Shown here: positions 19,682 to 29,208 of the stretch, piece after piece
How the letters are laid out: each line of letters opens with the position of its first letter
How positions within the stretch are numbered: the stretch's first letter is position 1
Assembly: GCA_026397315.1 (NCBI GenBank)
Contig: JAPLVC010000002.1
Location: forward strand, 27,184 to 91,183
Reading direction: 5' to 3'
Length of the DNA: 64,000 bases
Source of the DNA: Candidatus Aenigmatarchaeota archaeon
GTDB taxonomy: Archaea > Aenigmatarchaeota > Aenigmatarchaeia > QMZP01 > QMZT01
Notes under the pieces: generated by a model
Seen by the model: the letters and a program-made list of their open reading frames with translations, nothing else
What the model was told of the DNA's origin: nothing
The model's database searches: none
Program-made: the position numbers and the translations under genes

Positions 19682-19863
19682 ACAAACCGCCTAACCCCAA
19701 AACCAAAAGCCAGGAGCCACCCCAAGGCCCCAAACCCTCAGCAAGATTTCGATTATTATTGCTTTATGACTTTCGTGTCGAATCCTCGATAATCTCCGAT
19801 ATAATATATTGAACAGAACCAGTTAAATATATTGTAAGTCTCGAATGTTCAAGAGGTGGTGTC

Positions 19864-20457
19864 ATGAAAAATCAAATCAAACATCAGGACAAACGGCAAA
19901 ACAATGATTCCGATGATTTTCTGAAAGTCATTCACGGCAGGAAAAGCGTGCGTAACTACACGGGCGCGCCTGTCAGCAATGACGACATCGAAGACCTTTT
20001 GCGCGCAGGCATGGCCGCGCCGAGCGCGGTCGACAGGCGGCCATGGTCTTTCATCGCCGTGACCGAGCGGGAGACGCTGGACAGACTATCGAAAGCGACG
20101 CCGTTCAGCGGCATGCTGAAGAAGGCCGGCGCTGCTGTAATCGTGTGCGGCATTCCCATGAAATCGCTGGTGAAGATGAAGCTCATCAACCTCGTCGCTG
20201 GCGTTTCGAACGATTACTGGGTGCAGGACTGCTCGGCTGCCACAGAAAATATACTATTAGCAGCCGAGGCAAAGGGGCTTGGCGCGGTATGGATAGGCAT
20301 ACATCCCGTAGAAGCTAAAGTAGAAACTGTCAGGAAAATTCTCAACATCCCGGACAACGTCACGCCGCTGAACATCATATCAATCGGCCATCCGCTAGGG
20401 ACGGAAAAACCGAAGAACAAGTTCGACGAGAACAATATCCACTGGGAGCATTGGTAG
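19864..20457 (+). CDS. Nitroreductase family protein
   Basis: RKSVRNY, APSA..RPWSF, ENILLAAEAKGLGAVW; GAGGTG RBS. Confidence 0.9.
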   Translation: MKNQIKHQDKRQNNDSDDFLKVIHGRKSVRNYTGAPVSNDDIEDLLRAGMAAPSAVDRRPWSFIAVTERETLDRLSKATPFSGMLKKAGAAVIVCGIPMKSLVKMKLINLVAGVSNDYWVQDCSAATENILLAAEAKGLGAVWIGIHPVEAKVETVRKILNIPDNVTPLNIISIGHPLGTEKPKNKFDENNIHWEHW

Positions 20458-20461
20458 TGAT

Positions 20462-20595
20462 TCACGGTATTATCTCGCAGCCGTTGTATATGACGTGCTC
20501 GAAACGTGCGTTTCCTCCATGTCGTCCAGCGGCTTATGGTAACAGTATTCACACTTCCCGTTGCACGCGGTCGTAAGTATCACGTGATAGAACAT
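20462..20595 (-). pseudogene. Internally deleted radical SAM gene remnant
   Basis: ATG at 20595 gives MFYHVILTTACNGKCEYCY (CxxxCxxC) and stops after 41 aa; another frame ends FEHVIYNGCEIIP*. Confidence 0.7.
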
Positions 20596-20631
20596 ATTCT
20601 GTGGGTGTTTCAATGAAATAAAAATATATAT

Positions 20632-21102
20632 TCAGGCCGTTTCGGGTTGCTGTGAAAGTCGCCTTAATTCTTTCCTCGTTTTCCTCGCGTTCTTTACCAC
20701 ACGATCGGCTATCGGGCACGGTGTCTCTCGCTGGTTGTTCTTCCATTCCAGCCTGTTGTATATCTCTTCTCCCGCTTCGTCCCGGATAATAAGAACAAAA
20801 TCCCTGTTGTTTTCACTTTTGTCTTGCTGTGTATAGTCCCAGTGAACTATGTGGTAATGTGCCGCTCTTCCGCTCTCGTCGAGTTCCCCGATGTAGAAAA
20901 AATCCCTGGAAGGCTCGAACATCAGCGTGGCGGTTTCCGTCTTTAGTTTTCCGAGGTTGTTCCTGCTGACGGTTATTTTTTTGCCCACATACTTTTCCAG
21001 CATGTCTGAAGGATATATTTTTCCAGCTTGTGACGCGGGCTCTTCTATATATCCATTCTTTCCGAAGATGCCTCTGAAAATCTTTAGTGGTTTATACATC
21101 AA
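20632..21102 (-). CDS. Hypothetical protein
   Basis: 156 aa ORF with upstream TTTAAATA box. Confidence 0.55.
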   Translation of the reverse strand: MMYKPLKIFRGIFGKNGYIEEPASQAGKIYPSDMLEKYVGKKITVSRNNLGKLKTETATLMFEPSRDFFYIGELDESGRAAHYHIVHWDYTQQDKSENNRDFVLIIRDEAGEEIYNRLEWKNNQRETPCPIADRVVKNARKTRKELRRLSQQPETA

Positions 21103-21196
21103 TTAAAAGTTTTTTTCTATATTTAAATACCAAGCCTTTCCACAAATTGCACCAAATTTTATAGTGATTTTACGGATTTTTCAGAAAAATAACTAA

Positions 21197-21224
21197 ATAT
21201 TTATATATTTAAATAAACAAATAT
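21197..21224. promoter_or_regulatory. Imperfect 28-bp palindrome, probable ArsR operator overlapping the promoter
   Basis: ATATTTATATATTT|AAATAAACAAATAT (2 mismatches) directly upstream of arsR; AT-rich context lowers significance. Confidence 0.5.
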
Positions 21225-21230
21225 GTTTAC

Positions 21231-21488
21231 ATGGATAATGTTGTGGTTTTCAGGGCGCTTGCCGACCCCACGCGGCTGAAGATACTCGAATTGCTCAGGA
21301 GCGGTGAGAGATGCGCATGCGAACTCCCTTCGAAAGTGGGAAAGTCACAGCCCAACGTTTCGCTGCACCTCAAGATACTGAAAGACGCCGGCATAATTTC
21401 CAGCAGGAAAGACGGCAAGAAAATAATATATTCGGCCACTAAATCTGAAATTTACAAGATAATAGAAAGAGCGAAAAACATAAAGTGA
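21231..21488 (+). CDS. ArsR/SmtB family transcriptional repressor
   Basis: FRALADPTRLKIL, ERCACEL metal site, SQPNVSLHLKIL. Confidence 0.92.
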   Translation: MDNVVVFRALADPTRLKILELLRSGERCACELPSKVGKSQPNVSLHLKILKDAGIISSRKDGKKIIYSATKSEIYKIIERAKNIK

Positions 21489-21497
21489 AGTGATTGC

Positions 21498-22607
21498 ATG
21501 GAAAACCGGAATGTTTTCATTATTTTGGTTGTCGTATTTCTGGCGCTATATTTCATGCCTGTCGGCTCGCAGCTTTTCGACGGCGCCATACTCAGCGCTT
21601 TCTCGCTGCTCCACGAATACGCGACGCAGCACGTGATAACGTGCCTCATTCCTGCGATGTTCATAGCGGGCGCGATTTCAGTTTTCATCAAAAAAGACGC
21701 CGTCATCAAATACATGGGGCCGTCCGCGAAAAAATACGTCTCATATACCATCGCCTCGGTGTCGGGAGCGATACTCGCGGTCTGCTCGTGCACCGTCCTT
21801 CCGCTATTCGCCAGCATACGCAAGCGCGGAGCGGGCCTGGGGCCTGCCATAGCATTTCTCTATTCCGGTCCGGCGATAAACATAACGGCAATGTTTCTCA
21901 CCATAAGCGTGCTCGGGGTGCAGATAGGGATTGCCAGAATCGTAGCATCCATTTCGCTGTCAATACTGGTGGGTCTGACCATGGCCTTCATTTTCAAGGA
22001 AAAGTCCGGCACCGGCAAGTGGAAGCTCAAAAAGACCAAGGCGAAACCTGATTCGAAGCTTTTCGTCTCGCTTCTTTTCGTGTCGCTCGTAGGCGTGCTC
22101 CTGGTGAACGGGCTGCAAATCAATTTGCCGGTTAAGTATTCCATGATGGCCGCGCTTTCCGTGGCCGCGGCGCTAGTTGGTATTTTTGGCATGCAGAGGC
22201 GGTCGTCAGAGGAATGGCTGGGGCACACGTGGTTCTACGCCAGGAAGCTCATACCGCTGCTTTTCATAGGCGTCTTCATAGCAGGCGTGGTCATGTTCCT
22301 CGTACCCGACGAATTCATCAGGTCGGTCGCTGGCGAGAACACCATCATGAGCAACGTCGCCGTCTCGATATTCGGCGCTTTCATGTATTTTTCGACGCTC
22401 ACGGAAATACCGATACTGCAGGCGCTCATAGCGAAAGGGATGCATCCCGGTCCCGCCCTAACGCTACTGCTTTCCGGCCCGGCCCTTAGCCTGCCGAGCA
22501 TGCTCGCGATAAGGGAGTTCCTCGGCAACAGGAAAACGATAGCCTATGTCTTATTGGTAATATTATATTCTGCCGCGGCGGGCCTTGTTTTCGGAATGCT
22601 TGTATAG
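21498..22607 (+). CDS. ArsP/DUF318 family permease
   Basis: LAVCSCTVLPLF, FLYSGPAIN, FMYFSTLTEIP, GPALSLP. Confidence 0.88.
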   Translation: MENRNVFIILVVVFLALYFMPVGSQLFDGAILSAFSLLHEYATQHVITCLIPAMFIAGAISVFIKKDAVIKYMGPSAKKYVSYTIASVSGAILAVCSCTVLPLFASIRKRGAGLGPAIAFLYSGPAINITAMFLTISVLGVQIGIARIVASISLSILVGLTMAFIFKEKSGTGKWKLKKTKAKPDSKLFVSLLFVSLVGVLLVNGLQINLPVKYSMMAALSVAAALVGIFGMQRRSSEEWLGHTWFYARKLIPLLFIGVFIAGVVMFLVPDEFIRSVAGENTIMSNVAVSIFGAFMYFSTLTEIPILQALIAKGMHPGPALTLLLSGPALSLPSMLAIREFLGNRKTIAYVLLVILYSAAAGLVFGMLV

Positions 22608-22661
22608 CGCTTTGGCTAAAGCCTTTTGAAAATTAAAAATAAGAAAACGTGAGGCAAAAAA

Positions 22662-23102
22662 TCAAGCCTTCACAACGATCGTCCTGGCTGCCATGTCGCC
22701 GATCCTCTGCTTCTTCTGCGATACCAGGATCACTATCAGGCCGAGCACGTAAGCTCCGAGGCCGTCGATTATCCTGAGAACCGTCCTTATTATCGCGTCT
22801 GGCATGGTAAGCTTCTTGCCGTCTTCCTTGACGACCTTTATGCCCATGAATTTCTTGCCTAATGTCTGGCCGGTCGTACTTTCGAAATACGGGAAATAGA
22901 CGAGCCAGATTATGGCTGAAATCACTATAAAGGTCACCCAAGAGGCAGCTGCGGCCATCGCGGCCATGGGGTTAGCTCCCATAGTCATGAAAGCACCCGA
23001 AACGCCGAAAGGCAGCGCTATTACAAAAGTTATGATTGCCAATATCACGTGGTCTATTACCGCTGCCAGTATCCTGTGCAAAACACCCGCATATTCTGCC
23101 AT
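22662..23102 (-). CDS. RDD family membrane protein
   Basis: RILAAVID, GQTLGK, QRIGD. Confidence 0.9.
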   Translation of the reverse strand: MAEYAGVLHRILAAVIDHVILAIITFVIALPFGVSGAFMTMGANPMAAMAAAASWVTFIVISAIIWLVYFPYFESTTGQTLGKKFMGIKVVKEDGKKLTMPDAIIRTVLRIIDGLGAYVLGLIVILVSQKKQRIGDMAARTIVVKA

Positions 23103-23181
23103 AGTTTACCTCCTGCATAAAAATTGGAAGGCGGGCTAATATATCTACCTATTTATACGGACGGGAACAATTTTTATATGA

Positions 23182-23841
23182 ATGGTGGAACAGAGAGTCG
23201 TCGATTACATATTTTTTCAGATAAGGGCAGGCATGCCGTCCGAACGCATAATACAGTCGCTACTCGACTCCGGCTGGAGCAAGGAGCAGATAAAAGAAAT
23301 ATTCGACTTCATCCAGAACCCTGAAAAAAAAGAGGAAACCGCTTTTCATGACCAGCCGTCATTCATAATGGATTCGCAGCCGCAGGAGCCGTTCCGTGAG
23401 GGGCAGGAGCCGGTCCAGCCGGAACCAGCGAAGCTGCAGACCTCCCAGTCGCCTCCCGAACAGCCGAAGAAAACGGGAAAAATCGGGTTCGCCCTCAGCA
23501 TGATTGCGGCGCTTGCCGTGCTTTGCAGGATTCTTTTTGTAGTCGTTTTATACCTTTTCCCGATTTCCGGCATGCTTGATTTCATCGTCCCCTACATTTA
23601 TTCGGTCAAGGTGGAGCAGGACATGATGTCCGTCATCATTTTCCTGTTCTTGACGTCCATGATGCTTTACGCCGCTGCAAGCACTAGGAGCCAGAAGAGG
23701 CACGGCCTGATGGGCAAGCTCGTCATAGTTTTTTCGGTTGCCATATTCCTGATAGAAGCTGTGACCAGCATCAATCCCATCGGAATCTCGCTGATGGCCT
23801 TAGGTGTGGCAGGCGGCCTGCTCGCGTGGAAAGGCAAATAG
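23182..23841 (+). CDS. Hypothetical membrane protein (small helical N-domain, Pro/Gln linker, about 4 TM)
   Basis: I.QSLLDSGWS.EQI N-terminal motif, hydrophobic C-half. Confidence 0.65.
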   Translation: MVEQRVVDYIFFQIRAGMPSERIIQSLLDSGWSKEQIKEIFDFIQNPEKKEETAFHDQPSFIMDSQPQEPFREGQEPVQPEPAKLQTSQSPPEQPKKTGKIGFALSMIAALAVLCRILFVVVLYLFPISGMLDFIVPYIYSVKVEQDMMSVIIFLFLTSMMLYAAASTRSQKRHGLMGKLVIVFSVAIFLIEAVTSINPIGISLMALGVAGGLLAWKGK

Positions 23842-23883
23842 CTTTAAAATTAAAAAATTATTTTTCGGTTTTAGTTTATCTTT

Positions 23884-25131
23884 TTACATCCACAGCAGTT
23901 GCAGCGCTATGTGCGCGGCCATCACGGCTAAAATCGAGAACGGCAGGCTTATCTTCAGGTATTCTTTCAGCTTTACCTTGTAGCCATGTTTCTCCAGCAT
24001 GCCGCACGCGTAGACGTTCGCCGTCGCTCCGATAGGCGTTATGTTGCCTCCGATGCCGGTGCCTATGAGCATGCCGAAAAGGAACGGGAACGGGCTTATG
24101 CCCATCGTTGCCGCGAGCTGGTTGCAGACGGGTATCATGAGTATCGTGTAGGGAACGTTGTCGATGAACGACGAGGCTGCGACAGAGACCCATATTATGA
24201 TTGCCAGCATCACAGAGGCGTTGCTAATGCCCATGCCGCCTATCAGGCCGACGAAATCCGACAGGAGCCCGACGGATACAATAGAGCCGACTACTATGAA
24301 TATGCCACCTATGAACAGGAAAGAGTCCCAGTCGAATTCTTTCATCATTCCCTTCAGGTTTTTCCTGCCGACGATAAGCGATACGATTCCAGCTCCGACG
24401 CCTATCAGGCCGGGACTGATGTCAAAGTAAGGGCCAATGACCAGCGCCAGCGTGCCGAAGACAAAAACGAGCGTCGGTATGTAATCGAGTTTACCCCTCT
24501 CCACCACGTGCGTGATTTTCTTGTTCATCTTCCTGAATATGAAAAGCAGGCTGAGCATCGCCGCCGCGACGCCGAAGATAGTTATGACGCCTAGGCCGAC
24601 CTTTCCCTGGAACCAGTAGAAGTCGAAGAACTTCATGCCCGTTTCCATTGCTAAGACGAGAGCCGGCGGGTCGGCAATCATGGTCACGGTCGTGACGACG
24701 TTGGAGCTTATCGCGATCGCGACCATGTATGGAAACAGGCTAGATTTTAACTTCTTCGCCATCTCTATGGCGATGGGCGCGACCATGAGGACCGTGCCGA
24801 CGTTCGCCATGAACGACGATATCACGGCGGTCAGGATGCACAATGAAATCAGCGCGTATTTTTCCTTCCTTACCCGGTTTATCAGGCCGCCTGCTATGTG
24901 CGCCGGCATCCCGCTCTGCATGAAAATTATGGAGATCATCATGAAACCCCAGTAGATGCCCATGACGTTCCATTCTATCATGTCAAAAAAAGCGGCCTGG
25001 GGCGTTACTATGCCGAGCAGAATCAACGCGCCGGCCGCGGCCAGAGCCGTGTAGGCGATTTTTACCTTTCTCGTCATCGCCAGAGAATAGCACGCGATGA
25101 AAATGACAAGCGTGAGCAGTTTCTCTATCAT
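23884..25131 (-). CDS. ArsB/NhaD/SLC13 (ion transporter superfamily) permease
   Basis: SSFIDNVPY, GGNITPIGATAN motifs; about 11 TM. Confidence 0.85.
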   Translation of the reverse strand: MIEKLLTLVIFIACYSLAMTRKVKIAYTALAAAGALILLGIVTPQAAFFDMIEWNVMGIYWGFMMISIIFMQSGMPAHIAGGLINRVRKEKYALISLCILTAVISSFMANVGTVLMVAPIAIEMAKKLKSSLFPYMVAIAISSNVVTTVTMIADPPALVLAMETGMKFFDFYWFQGKVGLGVITIFGVAAAMLSLLFIFRKMNKKITHVVERGKLDYIPTLVFVFGTLALVIGPYFDISPGLIGVGAGIVSLIVGRKNLKGMMKEFDWDSFLFIGGIFIVVGSIVSVGLLSDFVGLIGGMGISNASVMLAIIIWVSVAASSFIDNVPYTILMIPVCNQLAATMGISPFPFLFGMLIGTGIGGNITPIGATANVYACGMLEKHGYKVKLKEYLKISLPFSILAVMAAHIALQLLWM

Positions 25132-25194
25132 AAGTATATTTTATGCGGCAACCCAATAAAAGCTATTGCGGCCAAGGATTTATCGTGAGCTTTT

Positions 25195-26187
25195 ATGGAA
25201 ACGGCAGTCGAGATTAACGGTATAAAGAAATTTTACAACGGCAAGGTAAAGGCGCTGGACGGCATAGACCTTAGAGTCGGCGCCGGAAAGGTCTTCGCAG
25301 TCCTGGGGCCGAACGGGGCTGGTAAAACAACGCTCATGCGAATACTCACGACGCAGATAAAGCCAACCTCCGGGGATGCCAGCATTTTCGGCCTCGACGT
25401 CATGAAAGACGACTCAGAAACGAGAAAGCTTATCAGCTATGTGCCGCAGGAGATGAGCGTCTGGACGGACATAAGCGGCTACGAGAACCTGCTCATTTAC
25501 GCGAAGATTTACGGCATACCGGCAGGCGAAAGGAAAAAGCTGATAAACGGCATGCTTCGTACCATGGGCATCGAGAGTTTCGCCGGCTCGCTTGTCAGGA
25601 ACTATTCGGGCGGCATGATAAGGAGGCTTGAGATAGCCTGCGCCCTGATCATAAAGCCGAAAATACTTTTCCTCGACGAGCCGACCATAGGGCTCGACCC
25701 GTCGGCAAGAAAGACGGTCTGGGAAAAGCTCATGTCCTTCAAAGACGAGAATGGCGTTACCATTTTTTTCAACACGCATTACATGGACGAGGCCGACATA
25801 TATTCCGACCAGATAGCCATAATGAACGCGGGAAAAATAGTCAAACTGGGAACCGCCCAGGAACTGAAGCACTCGCTCGGAGGGGAGATTATTTCCTTCG
25901 GCATTGAAGGGAAAATTTCAGCGGGCGCCGTGAAAAAAATCAGGGGAATCAAAATAGTCACCGGTGCTACTGCGGATGAGAACGGCCTAAGGGTTTTCGC
26001 ATCCGACGCAGGCGTTGCGCTCCCAAGGATAACGGACATATTGGAAAAAGGCGGCGTTTACATAAAGGAAGTCTCGATAAAAAAGCCCACGCTCGATGAC
26101 GTTTTCCTGAAATACGCCGGCACAAAAATCGAAACTGCTGAAAGGGTCACGGACATCCGTTATACGAGGGACCGGATAAAAAGATGA
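25195..26187 (+). CDS. ABC exporter ATP-binding subunit (DrrA-like)
   Basis: GPNGAGKT, YSGGM, LDEPT, THYMDEA, PTLDDVFL. Confidence 0.93.
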   Translation: METAVEINGIKKFYNGKVKALDGIDLRVGAGKVFAVLGPNGAGKTTLMRILTTQIKPTSGDASIFGLDVMKDDSETRKLISYVPQEMSVWTDISGYENLLIYAKIYGIPAGERKKLINGMLRTMGIESFAGSLVRNYSGGMIRRLEIACALIIKPKILFLDEPTIGLDPSARKTVWEKLMSFKDENGVTIFFNTHYMDEADIYSDQIAIMNAGKIVKLGTAQELKHSLGGEIISFGIEGKISAGAVKKIRGIKIVTGATADENGLRVFASDAGVALPRITDILEKGGVYIKEVSIKKPTLDDVFLKYAGTKIETAERVTDIRYTRDRIKR

Positions 26188-26957
26188 TAGCCATGATGGA
26201 CTCGCTTAGAAACATACTTGTCATGATTGAACTGGAGGCCAGGAGAATCAGGCACGACAGGACGGAGCTTTATGTCAGGGCGGTCCAGCCGGTGCTCTGG
26301 CTTGTCATTTACGGGTCCGTCATGAGCTCGGTGAAACTGATTCCGACGGGCGGCATGTCTTACATCGCTTACATAACGCCCGGCGTGCTGCTGCAATCGA
26401 CGGCGTTCGTCTCCATATTCTTCGGGCTCACGATAGTCTGGGAGAAGGAATCCGGCATACTGAAGAAGCTGCTGGTAACCCCGGCGTCCAGATATTCGAT
26501 TGTCATAGGCAGGTCAATGGCCGCTGGCGTGAGATCGATACTTCAGGCCGTCATAATCATACCAATAGCCATGCTCATCGGGGTCGCGTTCATTCCTAAT
26601 CCCGCATATTTCATCCTTGCATTCGCCCTTATTTTCCTCATATCCGCCGGCTTCGCAGCCATATCGATTTTCATAGCATCTTTTCTCAAGACGAGGGAAA
26701 GGTTCATGGGCATAGGCCAGGCCATAACATTCCCTCTGTTCTTCGCGAGCAACGCCCTCTACCCCATCGAGCTGATGCCACCGCTGCTTAAAGAATTCGC
26801 TCTTGTCAATCCGATGAGCTACGCCGTCGACGCTATAAGAGGCCTGCTCATAAGCGGTAACATATCGAACCTGGCTTTTGACATTTCGGCCATAACAATT
26901 TTCGTAGTTGTCATGCTCGCCATAGCATCGGTGAGCTTCAAGCGCATAATAGAATAA
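26184..26957 (+). CDS. ABC-2 type permease
   Basis: EKESG..K.LLVTP, NPMSYAVDAIR; ATGA overlap. Confidence 0.92.
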   Translation: MIAMMDSLRNILVMIELEARRIRHDRTELYVRAVQPVLWLVIYGSVMSSVKLIPTGGMSYIAYITPGVLLQSTAFVSIFFGLTIVWEKESGILKKLLVTPASRYSIVIGRSMAAGVRSILQAVIIIPIAMLIGVAFIPNPAYFILAFALIFLISAGFAAISIFIASFLKTRERFMGIGQAITFPLFFASNALYPIELMPPLLKEFALVNPMSYAVDAIRGLLISGNISNLAFDISAITIFVVVMLAIASVSFKRIIE

Positions 26958-27093
26958 ATGATGCGCCGGCCGCGTCCCCGGTAAAAACCGCTATAAATTA
27001 GTTTAAAAATCCATGATTTCTACATGGCCGTCTAAAATATATTTAGAGCTAAACGGTTCTCATTTCATCAATATTTGCACTCTTTACAATCTC

Positions 27094-27366
27094 TTATCTG
27101 AGCTCTTTTCTGAAGCTCCCGAATTCCTTCGAGATTCTTTTTTCTTCTCTGTTCAATTCGCTCAGAACCCTGTCGCGGATATCCGAAGCCCTTATCTCGT
27201 CCCTGCTCTTGAAATGTTCCTCGACGTTCCTCGCTATCCTGTCAGCAATGTCCCTCGACCTGCTGCTGTCGAGCTTGACTCTTTTCGCGGCATTTTCTAC
27301 GCTTCTCCTGATCTTGTCGCGGCTGAAGTCCTCTTTTCTATTGTCTCTTTTTATCACGACTGTCAT
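27094..27366 (-). CDS. Stand-alone ATP-cone domain protein
   Basis: VIKRDNRKEDFSRDKIRRS...I.ASDIRD.V..EL. Confidence 0.85.
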   Translation of the reverse strand: MTVVIKRDNRKEDFSRDKIRRSVENAAKRVKLDSSRSRDIADRIARNVEEHFKSRDEIRASDIRDRVLSELNREEKRISKEFGSFRKELR

Positions 27367-27478
27367 AACCCAACACCCCATAGGAAATTTGTGATTTGAG
27401 ATTATAAAGTTAAGTTTAAACACGACTGTAGAAATTATATGTAAGCGGGAGTTGACCAGGTCGGGGATTGCGGCAGGA

Positions 27479-28360
27479 TCAGGCGTTCCTGTGCCACCAA
27501 CCCCATTCAATTTTCTCTTTTTCCGCAAAATCTATCAGTTTTTTAACGCCATCAGCGACATCTTTGTAATTCTTCAGAGGAACGTATAAACAGACGCTTT
27601 TGCGGTGCTCCCATGATTTGATGCCGTATTTATGGGATTTTTCCTTGATATCCTTCCAGTTGTCCGTTACTTCCCCTACCATACTCACGTTGGGCTCGAC
27701 CGCCCTTACGACGTTAACGTATATATTGACCTTCGGCTTCTCGAAAAAGGCTACAAGGTCATGGTATTCCTTGCTGCTGAACTTCTGGGAGGCAAGGACC
27801 ACACCATCGAAGTTTTCTTCCAGAATTCTGGCAGCCTCCCCAAGTTTCGCATGCCCAGCCTTCAAGTTTGTTATTTTCGAGAATTTGGTATTGAACCTTT
27901 CGCCATCCACATGCGAAATCATTTCCTTCTCCGGCTTCGGATGCGCATCGAAGCTGGAAAAATCCCGGCCGTAGTTATTGACCAGGGACTCTATTATCGA
28001 GGAAATGGGTATCTTGTAATCGTGGCTCATTCGTATCAGTTCGTCCTTGGTGTTGGAAGGAAGTCGAATCGTAAGTATGTCCGTTTTGTCCACCGCCTTC
28101 GAATACTTCATGTAAGCGTTCCTGACCTTGTCAATCGCGTCCTTCAGGCTTTCGAAGGTAAATTTCCTATCCGGTATCTTCACTGAGAAGCAGCTCACGG
28201 AGTCGACGCCGAACTCCTTCCCTATGTGATTTATCATGGCACGCTTGTGAAAATTGGTCCTGCCGAACTCGGAACTCTTTACGATTATGTCCTTTCCTTC
28301 CGTCATTATATTAATCTCGTGGAAGGAATCCACTCCGGGCAAATCCATCTTGATGTCCAT
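27479..28360 (-). CDS. Hypothetical protein with central ribbon-helix-helix-like segment
   Basis: 293 aa; LTIRLPSNTKDELIRMSHDYKIPISSIIESLV; GGTGA RBS. Confidence 0.6.
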   Translation of the reverse strand: MDIKMDLPGVDSFHEINIMTEGKDIIVKSSEFGRTNFHKRAMINHIGKEFGVDSVSCFSVKIPDRKFTFESLKDAIDKVRNAYMKYSKAVDKTDILTIRLPSNTKDELIRMSHDYKIPISSIIESLVNNYGRDFSSFDAHPKPEKEMISHVDGERFNTKFSKITNLKAGHAKLGEAARILEENFDGVVLASQKFSSKEYHDLVAFFEKPKVNIYVNVVRAVEPNVSMVGEVTDNWKDIKEKSHKYGIKSWEHRKSVCLYVPLKNYKDVADGVKKLIDFAEKEKIEWGWWHRNA

Positions 28361-28468
28361 ACCGAATCACCATTTCTTTACCGTTAAAACTTGCAGGATT
28401 TTTATCTTATTTTTCCTGAAGATACTTTGCAGAAACAGACTAGTAAAGTAAATCTTTTCCAAGATTAA

Positions 28469-28591
28469 TGCGCCGACCGGGATTTGAACCCGGGTTAGAG
28501 GCTTTTTCCATCAGTGGTTGCCGGATGCATCGAAACCCGCTGGGGTTTTGATTTGGGAAGCCCCTGTCCTACCAGGCTAGACTATCGGCGC
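28469..28591 (-). tRNA. tRNA-Gly(CCC) with 50-nt canonical 37/38 intron (28504-28553)
   Basis: GCGCCGA/TCGGCGC acceptor stem; BHB with TTCC/GGAA helix, CAA and AAA bulges, ATCA/TGAT outer helix. Confidence 0.95.
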
Positions 28592-28749
28592 AAACAGCGA
28601 ATGACGCAGACAAGCCTGCGTCGAACTGTCGGGTGTTCTATAATATATTAGAATATAATAAAAGACTTTCAGTGCATGGAGCTGAAGCCGTGGCTATAGG
28701 GAGAAATAAAAAGAAAAAGCACTGTTTTTGTCCCAACCCTATTAAGCCT

Positions 28750-29124
28750 TTATTTTTTTCTTTTCAGTTCAGGGCTTATCAGGAGAAGGACTGCTCCTAT
28801 GAGCTCCGGTGCGCCGATGGGCGGAAGGAATGCTGATATGAGTGCGTATATGGCCACTCCCTGGTAATCCTTTGCCTTGAATTTGCCAAGGCCTTTCCAA
28901 AGGACTATCATGCCCGCTATTGCTAGCAGGCCGAAAGCGGTCAAAGCTCCTGCCAGGACCCATGTGAAAGGTGCTATTCCGAGAGTCATGCTGACATTCG
29001 TCACCGGCACAAGGCCGCCGAATATCACTATTATGCCGACTAATTTCAGCAGCAGACCCACGAGAATAAGGACCTTCGCTATCGTCGCTTCGGTACTCAA
29101 CCCTTTGAAGTTGATGTCTATCAT
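28750..29124 (-). CDS. Small hydrophobic membrane protein
   Basis: 124 aa, 3-4 TM segments. Confidence 0.7.
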   Translation of the reverse strand: MIDINFKGLSTEATIAKVLILVGLLLKLVGIIVIFGGLVPVTNVSMTLGIAPFTWVLAGALTAFGLLAIAGMIVLWKGLGKFKAKDYQGVAIYALISAFLPPIGAPELIGAVLLLISPELKRKK

Positions 29125-29208
29125 ATTATATAATTCCCCCGATTCCCCTAATAAATCAAAAACAGTCGCTTGCTGACGTTTATTAGCGGTTTTGGCAAAA
29201 TAATCATT

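Noticed and set aside
26961-26972. ATGCGCCGGCCG as an att-site duplicate of the tRNA-Gly 3' end (28468-28479)
   Set aside because: Only 11 of 12 bp match, there is no integrase, and the enclosed genes are not clearly mobile.
28504-28553. tRNA-Gly intron as a cis-acting C/D guide like euryarchaeal tRNA-Trp introns
   Set aside because: It has CTGA but no recognisable RTGATGA box or guide complementarity.
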